Assembly: GCA_000165425.1 (NCBI GenBank)
Contig: CT868241.1
Coordinates: 248,001-312,000, forward strand
Length of the DNA stretch: 64,000 bases
Direction of reading: 5' to 3'
Source of the DNA: Paramecium tetraurelia
Lineage: Eukaryota
The notes below the pieces were generated by a model. The model had not been told where the DNA came from. It ran no database searches and saw only the letters and a list, made by a program, of their open reading frames with translations. Made by a program: the position numbers and the translations under genes. Shown piece after piece: positions 42,086 through 55,387 of the stretch (position 1 is the stretch's first letter; each line of letters starts with the position of its first letter).

Positions 42086-42233
42086 ATATTACAACACAAA
42101 TTTTATGTTTAATAATTTTCATTCATTATTGAAATTCTATCATATATATACCTAAACATAATAGAACTTAAATATAAATAATAAATAAAACTACACTCAA
42201 GAGTAATTAATTAAAAAATTATTACAGAACTCC

Positions 42234-42833
42234 ATGGTTGATTGCATTATTTGCTTCTGTACTTATAAAGAGTAAGAATGTTACACGCTTCTAAATTTTC
42301 TTCATCAATTTTACAAAGAATGCTTATCTGAATAATTAAAAACAAAATATAATCTCAATAAATATTATCTGATTTTAAGTCCCTTGTGATTGACTATTTA
42401 GTCCTGAAATTATTGAACATTTGTATCACCAAGAACTATTTCAAAAATATTGTGATTTTGCATCACAATATAATTCAATTATAGGATTAGGGGCTAATGA
42501 ACTACTCAAGAAAGGTTTAAATGAAAAGTAAATTGAAAAATGCTGTTGAATTAACTTAACATAATTTGAAATTATGTTATTTCTATCTAGAACTTCGGTT
42601 GACCCAAGATGGAATAAAAGAGAATATATTTTAAAGTTTTCGGCACTTAAAAAAAAAGTACAAGACTCCTTTTCCAAATTGTGGCAATACTTGAAAAGAA
42701 GTAGATCAACTTGTATTTTTTGATAAATTCATCAAATGATTAAATTAAAAATTTTGCGTTTGTTGTTAAAAACAAATTAAAATAAACGACATTTCTAAAA
42801 TCAATAGACATTATTATGCACACATTTATGTGA
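42234..42833 (+). pseudogene. Degenerate RBR ligase copy 2
   Basis: Clear nucleotide similarity to 41091-42085 at both ends, with Cys losses, frameshifts, a mutated intron and deletion of most of IBR-Rcat. Confidence 0.9.
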
Positions 42834-43875
42834 ATATCTAAATATCTATTTATTTATTTATTTATTTATAATATTAATCTTTTAATCGTAACAGTTTTTT
42901 CCTTTAATATCAAATTTTCAAACTAAGCAGTTTTTTAATTTTGTCGTGCTATTCATTTATTCCTTTAGATTTTCAGATACTATAAAATTTTTATTTTTAA
43001 TTTCTAATTTTAAGCTTTCCTGAAAAGTGATGGTCAAAACCCACCTCATAACGAGATTTTCTATAAATCCTCCTTTGAATTATTTGTTTAAAGGAAAATT
43101 TCAGATTATTCATCTTTATATCCCTACAAATGCATCTCATATGATTTCAATTAACTAAATTACAAAATTGGCTTAGACAAAATTAAGATTTGTGTATCAA
43201 TAATCTTAACTTAAAATTTATGGTCATAAACCTTTTTTGAGTTATTTTAATTTATTTTTAATATAACTATACAATTAGCATAATTATATGAAGATTATAG
43301 AATTTCAAGTAAGTGGGAATGAACTTTTATAATTAATAAATCTATATTTTATGATTGGGAAGCTTACTTAATTTATATCTCTATATCTCGAAAATATCAC
43401 TTCTTAGTAATATTTAATAGGATTCAAACTATTCATATAATTAGATGTTTTATATGTGAATTTAAATCCAACTTACATGAAGATACTTTGTTTTAAAGTC
43501 TTTATCAGGGAAATTTGGATTATTATTGGCCTCATATCTTCTATCGATCTTTGCAAAATTAGGGGCATTTGTATTAAGAAGAGCTAATCTCTACTATAAT
43601 TAATTTTAATAACTTTTCCAATATTAAATATATCAGAATGATGAGCCAATTTTTTGTTTTTCTTTATATATCCTTTTCATAATTAGCCTCGCTCCTCCTT
43701 GATCAAATCTGTTTAATAGTCACAAATTTTATTTTTGTACAAGTTGTTTCCTTATAAAACAACTAATAATCCGGTCTCTACCACAACCGCCCTCACCTTT
43801 ATTTAGGGGGTTATAGATTTAAATTATATAAAAAAATCAATATGAATTAATTAGAATAAATTTTAATAGAATTCA

Positions 43876-44870
43876 ATGGTTGAATGCAGTATTTGCTACT
43901 GTAATTATAAAGAAGAAGAATGCTACACACTTCCAAATTGTCTTCATCAATTTTGTAAAGGTTGCTTATCCGAATAACTGAAAACAAAAATATTATCTCA
44001 ATAAATAGAATTATCTGATTTTAAGTGTCCCTAATGTGGTCGACTATTTAGTCCTGAAATTATTGAACATTTTGTATCACCAGAACTTTTTAAAAAATAT
44101 TGTGATTTTGCATTGCAATATAATTCAATTATGGGATTAGAGGATAATGAATTACTCACAAATTGTTTAAATGAAAAATGTACTGAAAAGTTTGTAATAT
44201 GGAAAGATGCAGGTGTATTAACATAACATAATTTTAGAATATGTGTAATGTCCTTCATGTAAAATGAAATTTTGTAGAAAATGTTAACTTGAATATCATG
44301 CAGATAAGGGAATTTCATGCGAATAATAAAAAGAACTACATAAAGATTAGTTTTATATTGATATGAAGAAAAATTTACAGGTATGTAAATGTCCAAAGTG
44401 CAATAACATGTGTGAAAAGATTTCTGGATGTAATTTTATGTATTGCAGATGCAAGACAAACTTTTGTTTTCTTTGTGATGTCGAGCTAACAGAAGCAGTA
44501 ATATTTAAGTTTATAAAAGTATCATTTCACACATTGGTAAAATGATGACCCATTTAAAAGTCCCTGCAGAGTTTGGTATAATGGAACCTGGGTGGATCCT
44601 AGTAAAGTTCCAAAGGTTGAGCCTGTGAAATAAGAAATCAAAGTTGTTTAAGTGATTCCTGTTGAAGAGAAAGAGAACAAGATTCCTTGTCCATGTTGTG
44701 GCAATAAAAATAAAGATGTGAGCAAACTTGTATTTTTTGATAAAGTTGTCTAATGTCAAAGTGTCAAATGTTAAAATTAAGCATACTGCATTTCCTGTTA
44801 AAAACAAGTTCAGGTAAATGATATAATCAGTCACTTTAATCAATAGACATTATTATGTAAATTCAAATGA
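43876..44870 (+). CDS. RBR E3 ubiquitin ligase, copy 3
   Basis: Same length (995 nt), intron positions and motifs as copy 1. Confidence 0.92.
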
Positions 44871-45236
44871 ATATTCAAACATATTAAAGTTGAAATATTT
44901 ACAAATATCAATATGGTTCTTTTTATTTCGTTGATACAACCCTTAAATATCTTCCTTTCCAATTAACAAAACACCCTATATTTGAAAGTGGCCTCACCAA
45001 AAATTATAATCTACCAAATTTTTATAAATAGAATTAAAACAATTTCTCTATTATTTAAATTTATAACAAATACTTTTCGATTCTTTAGAATAAGGGTATT
45101 AAATTAAAAGAAATGTAATCATATTTGATAAATAATGACCAAAAATTTGAAAAATTTTAGAAGATTTGTAAATATGTAAATGATTATATAATTCAAGATA
45201 TTAACTACAAATTTATAAATTCAACAAATAGATATT

Positions 45237-46059
45237 TCATTCTAAATAATTTATATAATGATTTCCTTTCAAAAACTGATCAACATCTATAATATGTAGA
45301 TTATCATCCATTCTTTTCATGTCTCTTAAATTTGATTACTCATTTTTCGCACTTATGAAATTACAATTCATAATTTCGCTCTCAAACCGCATACTGTGAA
45401 ATTCCTCCTGATTTTCATCATTTTTATAAATGGTTTCCTTTTTATCATTCAAAATTATAGTTGATCCTTAAGTTTTAAATGAGACATCAATAAAAAGGGA
45501 AAGAGTTGCTTTATCTGTTACAAATGGCCTTTTTCTCCATACACAAAGAAAATCATGTCCGTTGATATTTTGGTTGAAATCTAAATTTTAATGACATTTA
45601 ATTTACGCCTGATTTCTAATGGCTTATTTCTTTATCTACCCAGATGAACTCCCACACGAAAAATATTTTCAACGTTGTAAACTTGAAAATCAAAGCATCT
45701 AATATCGTATTTTATCGAATGTTTATGGTTCTTAAATCAATTTAATAGCAGTGTTAATACCTCATTAATTCTCTATAAATTTGTGACATTAAAGAATGCT
45801 CTACAATTCTCTCCAATCGTAATGGTTATTAGTCATTGATTTTTTGAAAGTATTCAGTAGTAAGTAATTATAGTTTCTCTTCATTAATAATTCTTCTCCA
45901 ATCAGTGAACCCATTTAATAATCCATCTTTAGGTTCATGAGGAAATCTAGGATGAAAACAATAGTCATACCCTCCAAATTTCCAAGGAAATTAAAGATTG
46001 CTTAATTCTATGGTCTCTTTAATATATTCTCTTGTTTTAGCCTTGAATACTCTTAGCAT
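45237..46059 (-). CDS. Hypothetical, possibly mitochondrial protein (Tim44-like C-terminal motif)
   Basis: MLRVFKAKTR N-terminus; C-terminal FHSMRFESE..HIIDVDQFLKGN; short introns with some boundaries uncertain. Confidence 0.55.
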
Positions 46060-46095
46060 ATAATTTAAAAATTAAAATTAAAATAAAAATGAAAC

Positions 46096-47616
46096 TCATT
46101 CATATTGCGAAGTTAATATTTTGAGATGTTTATCCCTCCTTATTATTTTGTATTAACTATTAAATTCTTTCGAAGCATTAACTTAATTTTATTTAACCTG
46201 ATCATATTTCTTTTCCTTAATCTTTAGAGTGTTATAATCAAATGAATATTATCTTAGATGAGAATAGATTGCATCTGTTACTATTTAGACTTTTTACTTT
46301 TATTCGCTTTCTTTTTGTCTTGTACTTTTAACCAATTATTCAAATGTCAAAGGATTGTTCTGCACATGGTAATTATGAAAATATTGCAAATCAGTTTATT
46401 GAAATACTATTTATAATAAAATAAATATACCATGAAAAAATTATGATTTAGATATGAACAACAAAAAGCAATCTGTTTTCGCATCAATGGTTTCATTCCT
46501 TTTTCTGTCTGAATCAAATTCAGAATCCAAAATATCATAATAACCAACTAATGACCCTGCTTTATATTCTATGTTAAATGATAAAGTTCTTGTGATGGTT
46601 TGACTCATCCACTTTTTTTAATTCTAGAGTAAACACAAAATCTTACTATTGGCCATCTATTTTAGTCCTCTAAGTCCATAACTACAGTCTTTGCTAGAAT
46701 CCCATGTTTAACTATATAAAGATGATCAACCAAATCACCAGCACTATATAAGTTCTCATTAGGAGTTAGATATTTGCCTTAAAGAGCATTGCAAAACTTT
46801 TTTAGTTTTTCCTCAGAAAAATGGGCAAATAATTAGAGACTTCTAATAAATTGTTCCTATTTTACACTTTCTGACTTCATAATGTTATTAAGGATTGTAA
46901 CGTAATCAATTCGATTTAAGATTAGTAAATGAGATGAACCAATTGATTTCAATGTAGCATTTCTAGGTTAATCATTGTCTAAAGCATTTCTACCTATTAT
47001 ATTTTTAGGCCCCAATTTTTTGTTTTTTCCTATTACTTCAACGAATCCATCAAAAATTACAAACATGCAATCGCCTTTATCACCTTTATTACAAATAATT
47101 TCATTCTCTTCATATGATTTTGCAAACAATCTACCAGATATCTGCTTCAACATTTGCATGGGCATCAATCGAAAAAAATCTAGCTTAGCCAGATAATTAG
47201 CAACAACTTCTTTCAATTCTTCTGACCTCTTGAATGGACTTTAATATTTCAAATTCATACTCTTATTCACAGATTGAAAAGACTTTAAGATGATAATCGA
47301 AGTATTTAGATTTTCGAAGCTTAGTGAAATCTGTCCTTCCTTTTAACCAATTAGGGAAGTCATACTTATCCAATTATGCTGATTAACACACCACAGGTGT
47401 AACAGTATCAACGTCATAAAAATTCATAACTGTAGATGTTTTGGTTGGTTTCACATGGAAAATTTTTCTGAATAATTATAGTTTGGCTTCTTTAGAAGGA
47501 GAAAATGGTTTGTAGGTATTTAAGTCTTATTTAGGAGTTGAGAGTTAAGTAGTTCTAAAAGTTGAATTGGTAAGATGCTTTTTGGATTCGAGACTAACAG
47601 ATCGTCTTTGGTTCAT
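46096..47616 (-). CDS. Cyclic-nucleotide-binding domain protein (two cNMP-like domains)
   Basis: ICNKGDKGDCMFVIFDGFVEV..IGRNAL..PRNAT and a second unit ELIYSAGDLVDHLYIVKHG..GSLVGYY..RNETI. Confidence 0.85.
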
Positions 47617-48214
47617 CGTAAATATTAAATTTTATTTTAAATAAAGACAAAATCTGTATTATAATTCTTACTATGCCCTTTTATATATCATTGTTATTTA
47701 TAGTTACATATTCTTATAAAACATATTTATAGTAGAATGATTTGTTAATAACAGATTAAATATATTTTTGTAATAGATTATATATAAAAGCAAGAAAGCA
47801 TAATCCTAATTATAAGATCATATACTAATTAAAGACATTTTGTTGAGCTCTATATTAAAATTGCAAATAAGTATGAAAAATTATAATACTTTATTTATTC
47901 ATTACTCTTGAAAAGAAAAGTATTTATAAGATACACATAAATATGTTAATTTTGATATAATCATTTAACTGCTCAAAAGTTACATAGAGAAGTTAAATAA
48001 ATATCCAAATGGGGGATAAAATCGAAATGAATTTATTTTATATAGTCTAATGTTATTTGAATCTTAAGTTAAATGAGGCCTATTTAATTATAAGAATCTA
48101 CACTTAAAATAAGAAGACTAAGAAGTAGAATATTTCATATAAAATATTAATCAAGTGAATGTCTTAACCATTAGTGTTAATCTATATATTCTCATAATTA
48201 AATTACGTTAAAAA

Positions 48215-49285
48215 ATGAATACGGTTTGCCAACAGAAAACTGCCACTCCTTGTAGGTTTGAAACTACACAATCGTATCTTCTTGAATAATCACCTAAAAT
48301 ATAATATAGAAGAGTGAATTCTCCAGGTTTACCTGATTGCTCTTTTAGAAGGAGTCATAAATCATCAGTTGATAAGCGAAATTACATGACTTTAGGTTAA
48401 ATGGATATCTAATAATTGTTGAAACCTACACGATCACTTGAGGAAAGTCCTGAACAAAAGTTGAAACCTTATTATGTGAAAGGAGAGGACATCATCGATC
48501 ATCATTAGCAATCATTCAATCCATAATAATATATGAGTATAAAGGAGGATAAGGAAATTTAAGTTGAAGAGTAACCATTTGAATCTCCACCAAAAATGGA
48601 AGTGTTTTCAAAACCTTAATTAAGAAAGGAAATGAAAATGGTGGATAAAATTGAGAGTGACAAGGTTAGTCTTGAGATATTCATGTCTGAATAGGACGAG
48701 AACTCTCTTATTTTTACAGGTATAACCAAGAAATTGGTGCCATCTCCTGAAGAAAATAAATAAATCTTAATGCAGAATTTACAATAATTATTTACATCGA
48801 TTGACAAAAGTGCTAACTAAAATAAATTCTAAAATTACATAAAGATGGAATCCTTAGAGTAATCTGTTTTCCATCAGCATTTGAATAAATCAACTTAACA
48901 AGATTTTCTCTCTGTCTCATCTGCACAATCTATCAAATAATAAAAATGCTCTTCTTAAACTAATTTCAGAAGAAATTCAGCTGTTGCACCAAAATAACCA
49001 TCAAAATGGAATAATTCAACCAAAGCTGATAAAATGAAAAACAATTGTTTTTCTACTAAATAATCAAAAAGTCCCTTTTTAAAAGCTTAAAATTAAAAAA
49101 TGTCTATTAGTAAGCCCAAGTTATAGCAAATAAATCTTAATATCTAGTCTCCTCAAAAAATGCAGCTCCATAAAAACTAACAACAAGCTTAATAGAATAG
49201 ATCAACTGTACAGAAAGTAAGATCTTTTCATATAACTCCTGAAAAAATAGATGATTGCATTTACGATGAAAGATTTTATAAATGA
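48215..49285 (+). CDS. Hypothetical low-complexity Q/S/K-rich protein (356 aa)
   Basis: ATG 48215 and TGA 49283-49285 are in the same code-6 frame; no recognisable domain. Confidence 0.7.
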
Positions 49286-49716
49286 TTTATTATATATGTA
49301 TAACCATAATACTTCACTTGATTTAATAGCTCTTTAACCATTTTAAGACTCAGATTAATCCTGAAACTAAATTGAATAGAAGAACGAGAACTTCAAAATT
49401 CACAAATCCTTGTGATTGCTAATATCCAATTAAATTAGAACTTAGTTTCTTGGTTGATATCCAAACCTTATTGTGTTAGTTTAGGTGATGAAATTTATTA
49501 ACACTTCCAATATGCCTTCTTTCTTCATATAAATAATAAAATAAATAAAGTAATCATCAATATACATCTATTGAACAATATTTCCAAGTGAATTTCATAT
49601 TTAATTTAAATAAATTGATGTTGCTTTTGATATGATTTTGAATAAAATTAATCATAACATAAAAATTGAAATTTGCTTTGCATTATTATAAATTAAAATT
49701 TCCAACAGCATAAAAC

Positions 49717-50730
49717 ATGCAGATGAATTCTGAATAAACGAAATAGTTGAATGAGTGGAGATTGAAATATGTAAAGTTGAATCCAATATTACTTATCTTT
49801 ATGGGTATGACTATGAAACTAATTCAGGATTGGTATTGATTGCATTTGGAATTGTATCATAAACAGTTGACATAGATTATGAATATATATCAACCAGATA
49901 TGATGAAATTTGTGCTTCAAAGAATTCATGTTTTGTAAATAAAGTAATCAATAATTGTAGATCAATATTGATGTGCCATCTAAAATGGAATCTCCTGTAT
50001 TTTTTTCATACGAAGTTTCCTCTTTCTTCTAAAACACCGACAAATATTTTAACAGCATCCCCTATGATTAATTGTATGGAGACTCAGATTTTGATACTTC
50101 AATCTGTGATCAATATAAAACTAATCAAGAAATGGGGAAAACTTTGAGTGTTACTGGAAAAGCTCTAGCACAAGATGACATTGCTATACCATGTGGCATA
50201 GCTGCATATTCATATATGAATGGTAATGCTGAAAATATAATTAAATTTAAGATGAGTTTTCGTTGAATAAAGATGGGAAATAAATTTCAATCACGGATTA
50301 AGGTATTTCATGGGAATCAGATAGAGAAAAATACACAAACATAAACTTGGATAAACAGTGGATTGACATGGAATCAGGTGATTATCTTCATTTAAATTAG
50401 AAAGATTTATAAATTGGATGAGACCATCTCCGTTAAGTAGGTTTCGCAAATTGTGGGGAAGAATCGATTAAGACTTGGAGCCAGGCATATATACAGTTAA
50501 CATTCAGATTAGTAAATACTAAGATTGATTTAATATTAGAAACCAATGATGCCTTTGCTGAAACTAAGAAGTATGTACTTCTACACAATAATGGATAATT
50601 CTCAGATCCTATTTTAGTGATAACACTACCGTGTCTCTGCGTTGGTCCATTCTTGATTATTTTTGGGATCATAAATTTGATTTATTGGGGGAAGAAATAA
50701 AATTTGGTCAAAAAATACAGAATTTATTGA
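49717..50730 (+). CDS. CDC50/LEM3 family P4-ATPase beta subunit
   Basis: RYDEIC, MESPVFFSYEVSSFFQN, AIPCGIAAYSYMND, GISWESD, ERFINWMRPSPLSRFRKLWGRI; two TM segments; several introns. Confidence 0.9.
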
Positions 50731-51349
50731 TTGCCTTACTTATTCCCATAATATAAGTTCTTATTAATATTAATAAATTAATAACAAAAAAATGTTCACT
50801 ATTTATACCTTCTTTGATCAAAGATTAAATTAGATTAAATTCTACTCTAATCGCAACTAGAAGGAAATAACAAAAAGCATTCAAGCGTTTGATCCCTAAT
50901 GTATTCTTAAAAATGCATTAGGTTCATGACCTTGGAACATTAACAATATAGTATATTTTTTAATTCAAATTCAACCTACATTTCAATTTTTATGATCATC
51001 TTGTCTAGTTTAATACTTATTTATATTTGATTTAATCATCTGTAAACTTAAAAGGCACTTTGAAAATAATATATGTTTTGCAAAGATTAGTTTGTAATCA
51101 AATAGGTTTGTTATAGCATATTTATGTTTTTCTACAATAAGGAATTTGATCTAACTTATTGATCTCATCCAAAAAGTAAGTAGATTCGATTTCAATTAAG
51201 GAAGAGGGCGTTATCTTTTATATAATTCAGACAATTAATTTTAAGCAATTTGATGAAAGTGTGATTTCAATATGGAGAGGGCTTTAAATAAAAAATAAGT
51301 ATCTATTAGAATTATAGGGAATCATTTAGAAATACATTTATTAATATTA

Positions 51350-52171
51350 ATGAGTTATCAAAATCATTCTTAAAAGTTTCCATTTGATAATTCACTTCAA
51401 TAAGGGTAGCCTCAAGCACCCACGTTTTAGTAAGTTTACCACTCTCAACAACATTAAATGTGTGGATTCGAATAATAGCAATTCCCATCCTTGAATCAGA
51501 ATGGATATGGCTATTATGTATCGCCTCAAAGTAATATAGTTATTGTATGTTCAGTGCCATAATATTACATTCCTCCTTAACCACCAACACCTCTTGATAG
51601 TATAAGCAGTAATAGTATTAGTTTGAATGGTATTTGAATTTTTGTATTATCTATGATCAGAGGAGGGAACAAAAAAGAAGAAGGCGAGTAAGTCAGATAA
51701 ATCAAAGAAGGACAAAAGGAAGAAAAGAAAGAGAGGTTTTATTGTTGTTCTTATTATTGAAAGGCAGTAATAGTAGTTCTTCTTCTAGTAGTAGTGATTC
51801 TAGTATTAGCAGTAGCAGGAGCCATAGTAAGTATGATTATATAATATATCTAAATCTTTTTGTAGACAAAAGAGAAAACATTTTACCTTTTTGCATAGTG
51901 AGGATAATTGGAAATGCAAGTATTGTTATAATATCAATTTCCGTCATCGTTCAGAATGTAACAGATGTAAGAAGAGTAGAGAATATGCTGCAAAAGTATT
52001 CATAACTTCTTTACAGTCTTTTCTTAGAATGAAAAAACCAAGAGGTATGTTCCAAATCCAGATGATTGGAAATGTTACAGTTGTGGCAATTTCAATTTTG
52101 CTCGAAGAAGGATGTGCAATAGATGTAAAAAAGACAAGTCATCAGCCTCAATACCATAATATTCCGATTGA
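51350..52171 (+). CDS. Two RanBP2-type (ZRANB2-like, RNA-binding) zinc finger protein
   Basis: DNWKCKYCYNINFRHRSECNRC and DDWKCYSCGNFNFARRRMCNRC, preceded by K- and S-rich tracts; about 5 introns. Confidence 0.85.
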
Positions 52172-52238
52172 TATAATTAAGCAAACTGAAGTATTTTTCT
52201 TAGCATTTCTTATATCAAAAATATATTTATTGTATTTC

Positions 52239-53575
52239 TCATTCTGCCTACTTTCTATTTACGTAATGCATAGCCAAGTTCACTACAATTTGAGAAATTC
52301 CTATTAAGAATAAATTGTATCCCAAATGCACATATTCTAATTACGTGGCTTATATGATCACAAGTGCAATTGAAAGATTTTAAAAGCAAAAGTAAATCCC
52401 ATACACAGGTAGAGCATCCTTATATTATTCCGAAATTGTTATTGCAGAATTGAATTAACCACTGATGTCAGCTAGTCCTCTAAAATAAACAATAAATTTA
52501 CAAGAAGAATCCAAGGACTATTATTATTTTGAAACTATCAATGAATGATTCTACTAATGCCAAAATAACGATAATGCCAAGCAAATTTGTGTAGAGTGCT
52601 ATACTTGTTTACGATTTTAAAGTTTTCTTAATGATTCCATTGATCAAAGCTCCAAAAGTTTAAGCAATTCCGACAAATAAATAGACTTCAGCTGTTTTCT
52701 CATTAATTGTCTATTCATCATAATTATTCTTTTCCAAAGATTTATTTATAAATTAATATAATAAACCATATTCGAATCCAATTATTACTCCAGTCATCCA
52801 GAATAATGGATAATATATGTAAGTACTTTTATCCAAAAACACCTTATACATGTCCAGAATATTTTATTTAATTGAATCTTCCTTTGTGTTAGTTTCTCTT
52901 TCTATTTCTGAATCATTCACTTTAGCACCACTCATCAGCATTTCCGTCTTCTATGGAGTTTGGATGAATAAAAATAGCATAGATAATCCCAGTTCTATAA
53001 AACCAGTCACCCAAAAAAATGTGGACCTAGATACCAGCTTCAACATTAACTTAGAGTAAAACCCACTTAGCATAGATGATAACCCCATTAGAATGTAGGT
53101 TGTACTAAACATTATCTCAGATGATTCTGCTGTTGCACATTGACTTACATAATAATTTTATACAACAAAGTATCCTCCTAGTCCTGCTCCTAAAATAAAA
53201 GTGAAAATTATGCTTATTGGACTTAGAATCTGAGGCTTACATATCCATGTGCTATCATCACCGTTTCGGCAATTTGTAAGATAACTACAATTTCTATTAA
53301 ATTTACTCAGAAGCAAAAAAACTAGGCACCACTAGTAAAGCTTGAAAAGTAAATGCTATATTGAATTTTCTATTTTTTAAATAAGCAGGTGAAAGTATGT
53401 TAAAAAAGAATTCTGCCATATAGATTGCCAGAATCGAATAATTGCCCAAATCCACATAACCATTTTATTCAGCGATTTACGGTAATAATGCTGTCAGAGC
53501 TAAGCATAAACTTAAGTGCATCATCAAAATTGAATTCATGTAGAATAGTTTCCAAAAGTTCGTTGGAATTTTCAT
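52239..53575 (-). CDS. UNC-93-like MFS membrane protein
   Basis: GYVDLGNYSILAIY..LSPAY, ILGAGLGGYFVVQNYYVSQCA and about 11-12 hydrophobic segments in two halves. The start codon is uncertain. Confidence 0.75.
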
Positions 53576-53817
53576 ATATATCGTATTCTTTATATTGATA
53601 CATCTAAAAATTTATTTACGGTAATTTATACCAAATAAATATGTATTATGAATTGAATATAAAAGTATAATACTAAGATATTCAAAGCAAATGCATAAAT
53701 TCAACCATTTTTACAAAATTTAATAAGTGTATATAAGTATGATAGCCTAATAAATGAGTTAAAACTAGATTTTCATAATTTTATTAGGATACTATATATT
53801 ATTTATTTAAAAAATTA

Positions 53818-55354
53818 ATGTCTTAACTGAAAAATCAAAAAAACCCTGCAGGATACGAGAATAACTTTCATTAGAAGGGACTTAATGAATAACAACTAGT
53901 TAGTCACTAATCGAAAGTTCTCTCAGAGGAATCGCCCTTTAATGTTTCAAAAATATTAAAAGCAAAGTAATAGCAAAGCAACATTTTTCATATCCCTCAA
54001 AAAGATAAGATTTAGATTTAGGCTGGAGCTAATTAAAATGCTGAAAGTAGTATTTAAATTTAAATTAGAACTGCTTCCCTATGACATTTTTTGGTGGAAT
54101 AGTTAAAATGTAAAAGGTAATCAAAAACCTGATCAACTCTCTTATTAAATCCCTAATTCTCAAATTATTCAAAGCAGACCTTAAACCAGTCCCCATTAAA
54201 GAGTTGAACAAGAATAAGTTCCTAACTATTCTGATCTAACAGAAGAATAATTTATATAAATGTAACAACATTAATACTAATTATTTCTACAATAACACTA
54301 GTAAAATTAATAACATTAATAAAACTAATAAAACTAATAAAACTAATAACAATAAAAGCATTAATCTAAATCATAAGAATAGCAGAATGGAAGATAAAAA
54401 CAATAAGATCTCAATGTAGATTAAAAGCCAAATGCTTACAACTTAATGAATGAAAATAATTAGATGATATAAACTGCCTCATTCAATTAGAAACAAAAAT
54501 CGGTGGAACCATAATCCTAAGAAAATGAAGTTAAGAAATAATAAAAATAAGAGAAACAACAGTTTAAAAAGGAACAGAAGAAATAGATTTTGAATTAATT
54601 ACAGAATCCAGAGAAATTGTATAATAAAATTAATAATCCAAATATTGAATTGAAATAAAAAAACCCAAATTTTTCTGATGTATTTGGCAATGGATTAGAA
54701 AAATATTATCAATAAAAGCCTTAGTAGACATCTGTGAAAAGACCTCAATAAGATTAATTGTAAGAAAGTGAGTTATATGGAATTAATTATCATCAGAGGT
54801 AATTGTTGAAAGGCATGAGTTCATAAATGGACACCCATAAATATTATGATCAAATGTTAGATAAGCAAAATTAAAATCAAATTAAATTATAGCAACCAAA
54901 AAGTGCATCAAAATCACCTCAAGGCTCTCCGGGAAAAACACTTGAGAAGGATGAGACACTCTTTACTAAGAGTTTTTATACAGAACTAACAATAAGAGGG
55001 ATGGGCAAAGAGGTAAATTGGGAAAAACTGACAAACCAACTCAACATTCATTAAATGAATATAGCAGATATTGATGTTGTTAAAAATAAGCAAGGGTAAA
55101 TCAAGTAGCATAAGATTATAATAAAGCATTTGGATTCAGCAAATCTACAAAATGTGAAATAATGGGTAGTTACTCAAGGAGGAAGAATAGTTGAAGAAAA
55201 ACAAATCAAGTAGGATGAATTTTTAAGACTCTAATAATTAAAAGAAGGATCTAAAAAGAGGCCATTAAAGATTTCCGAAGAAAAGGAAAAATTGAAATAA
55301 TAATAAAGGAAGAGACCAGCCAGTGCTATTCCAAGTTAAAAATAAAAGAAATGA
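53818..55354 (+). CDS. Hypothetical Gln-rich protein
   Basis: Long code-6 frame with one intron near 54047; QQN repeats from (TAATAAAAC)n at about 54317-54350; ends QKQKK-TGA. Confidence 0.7.
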
Positions 55355-55387
55355 TAAAATCTGATTTAATTTTGAAAATTAAATTAA

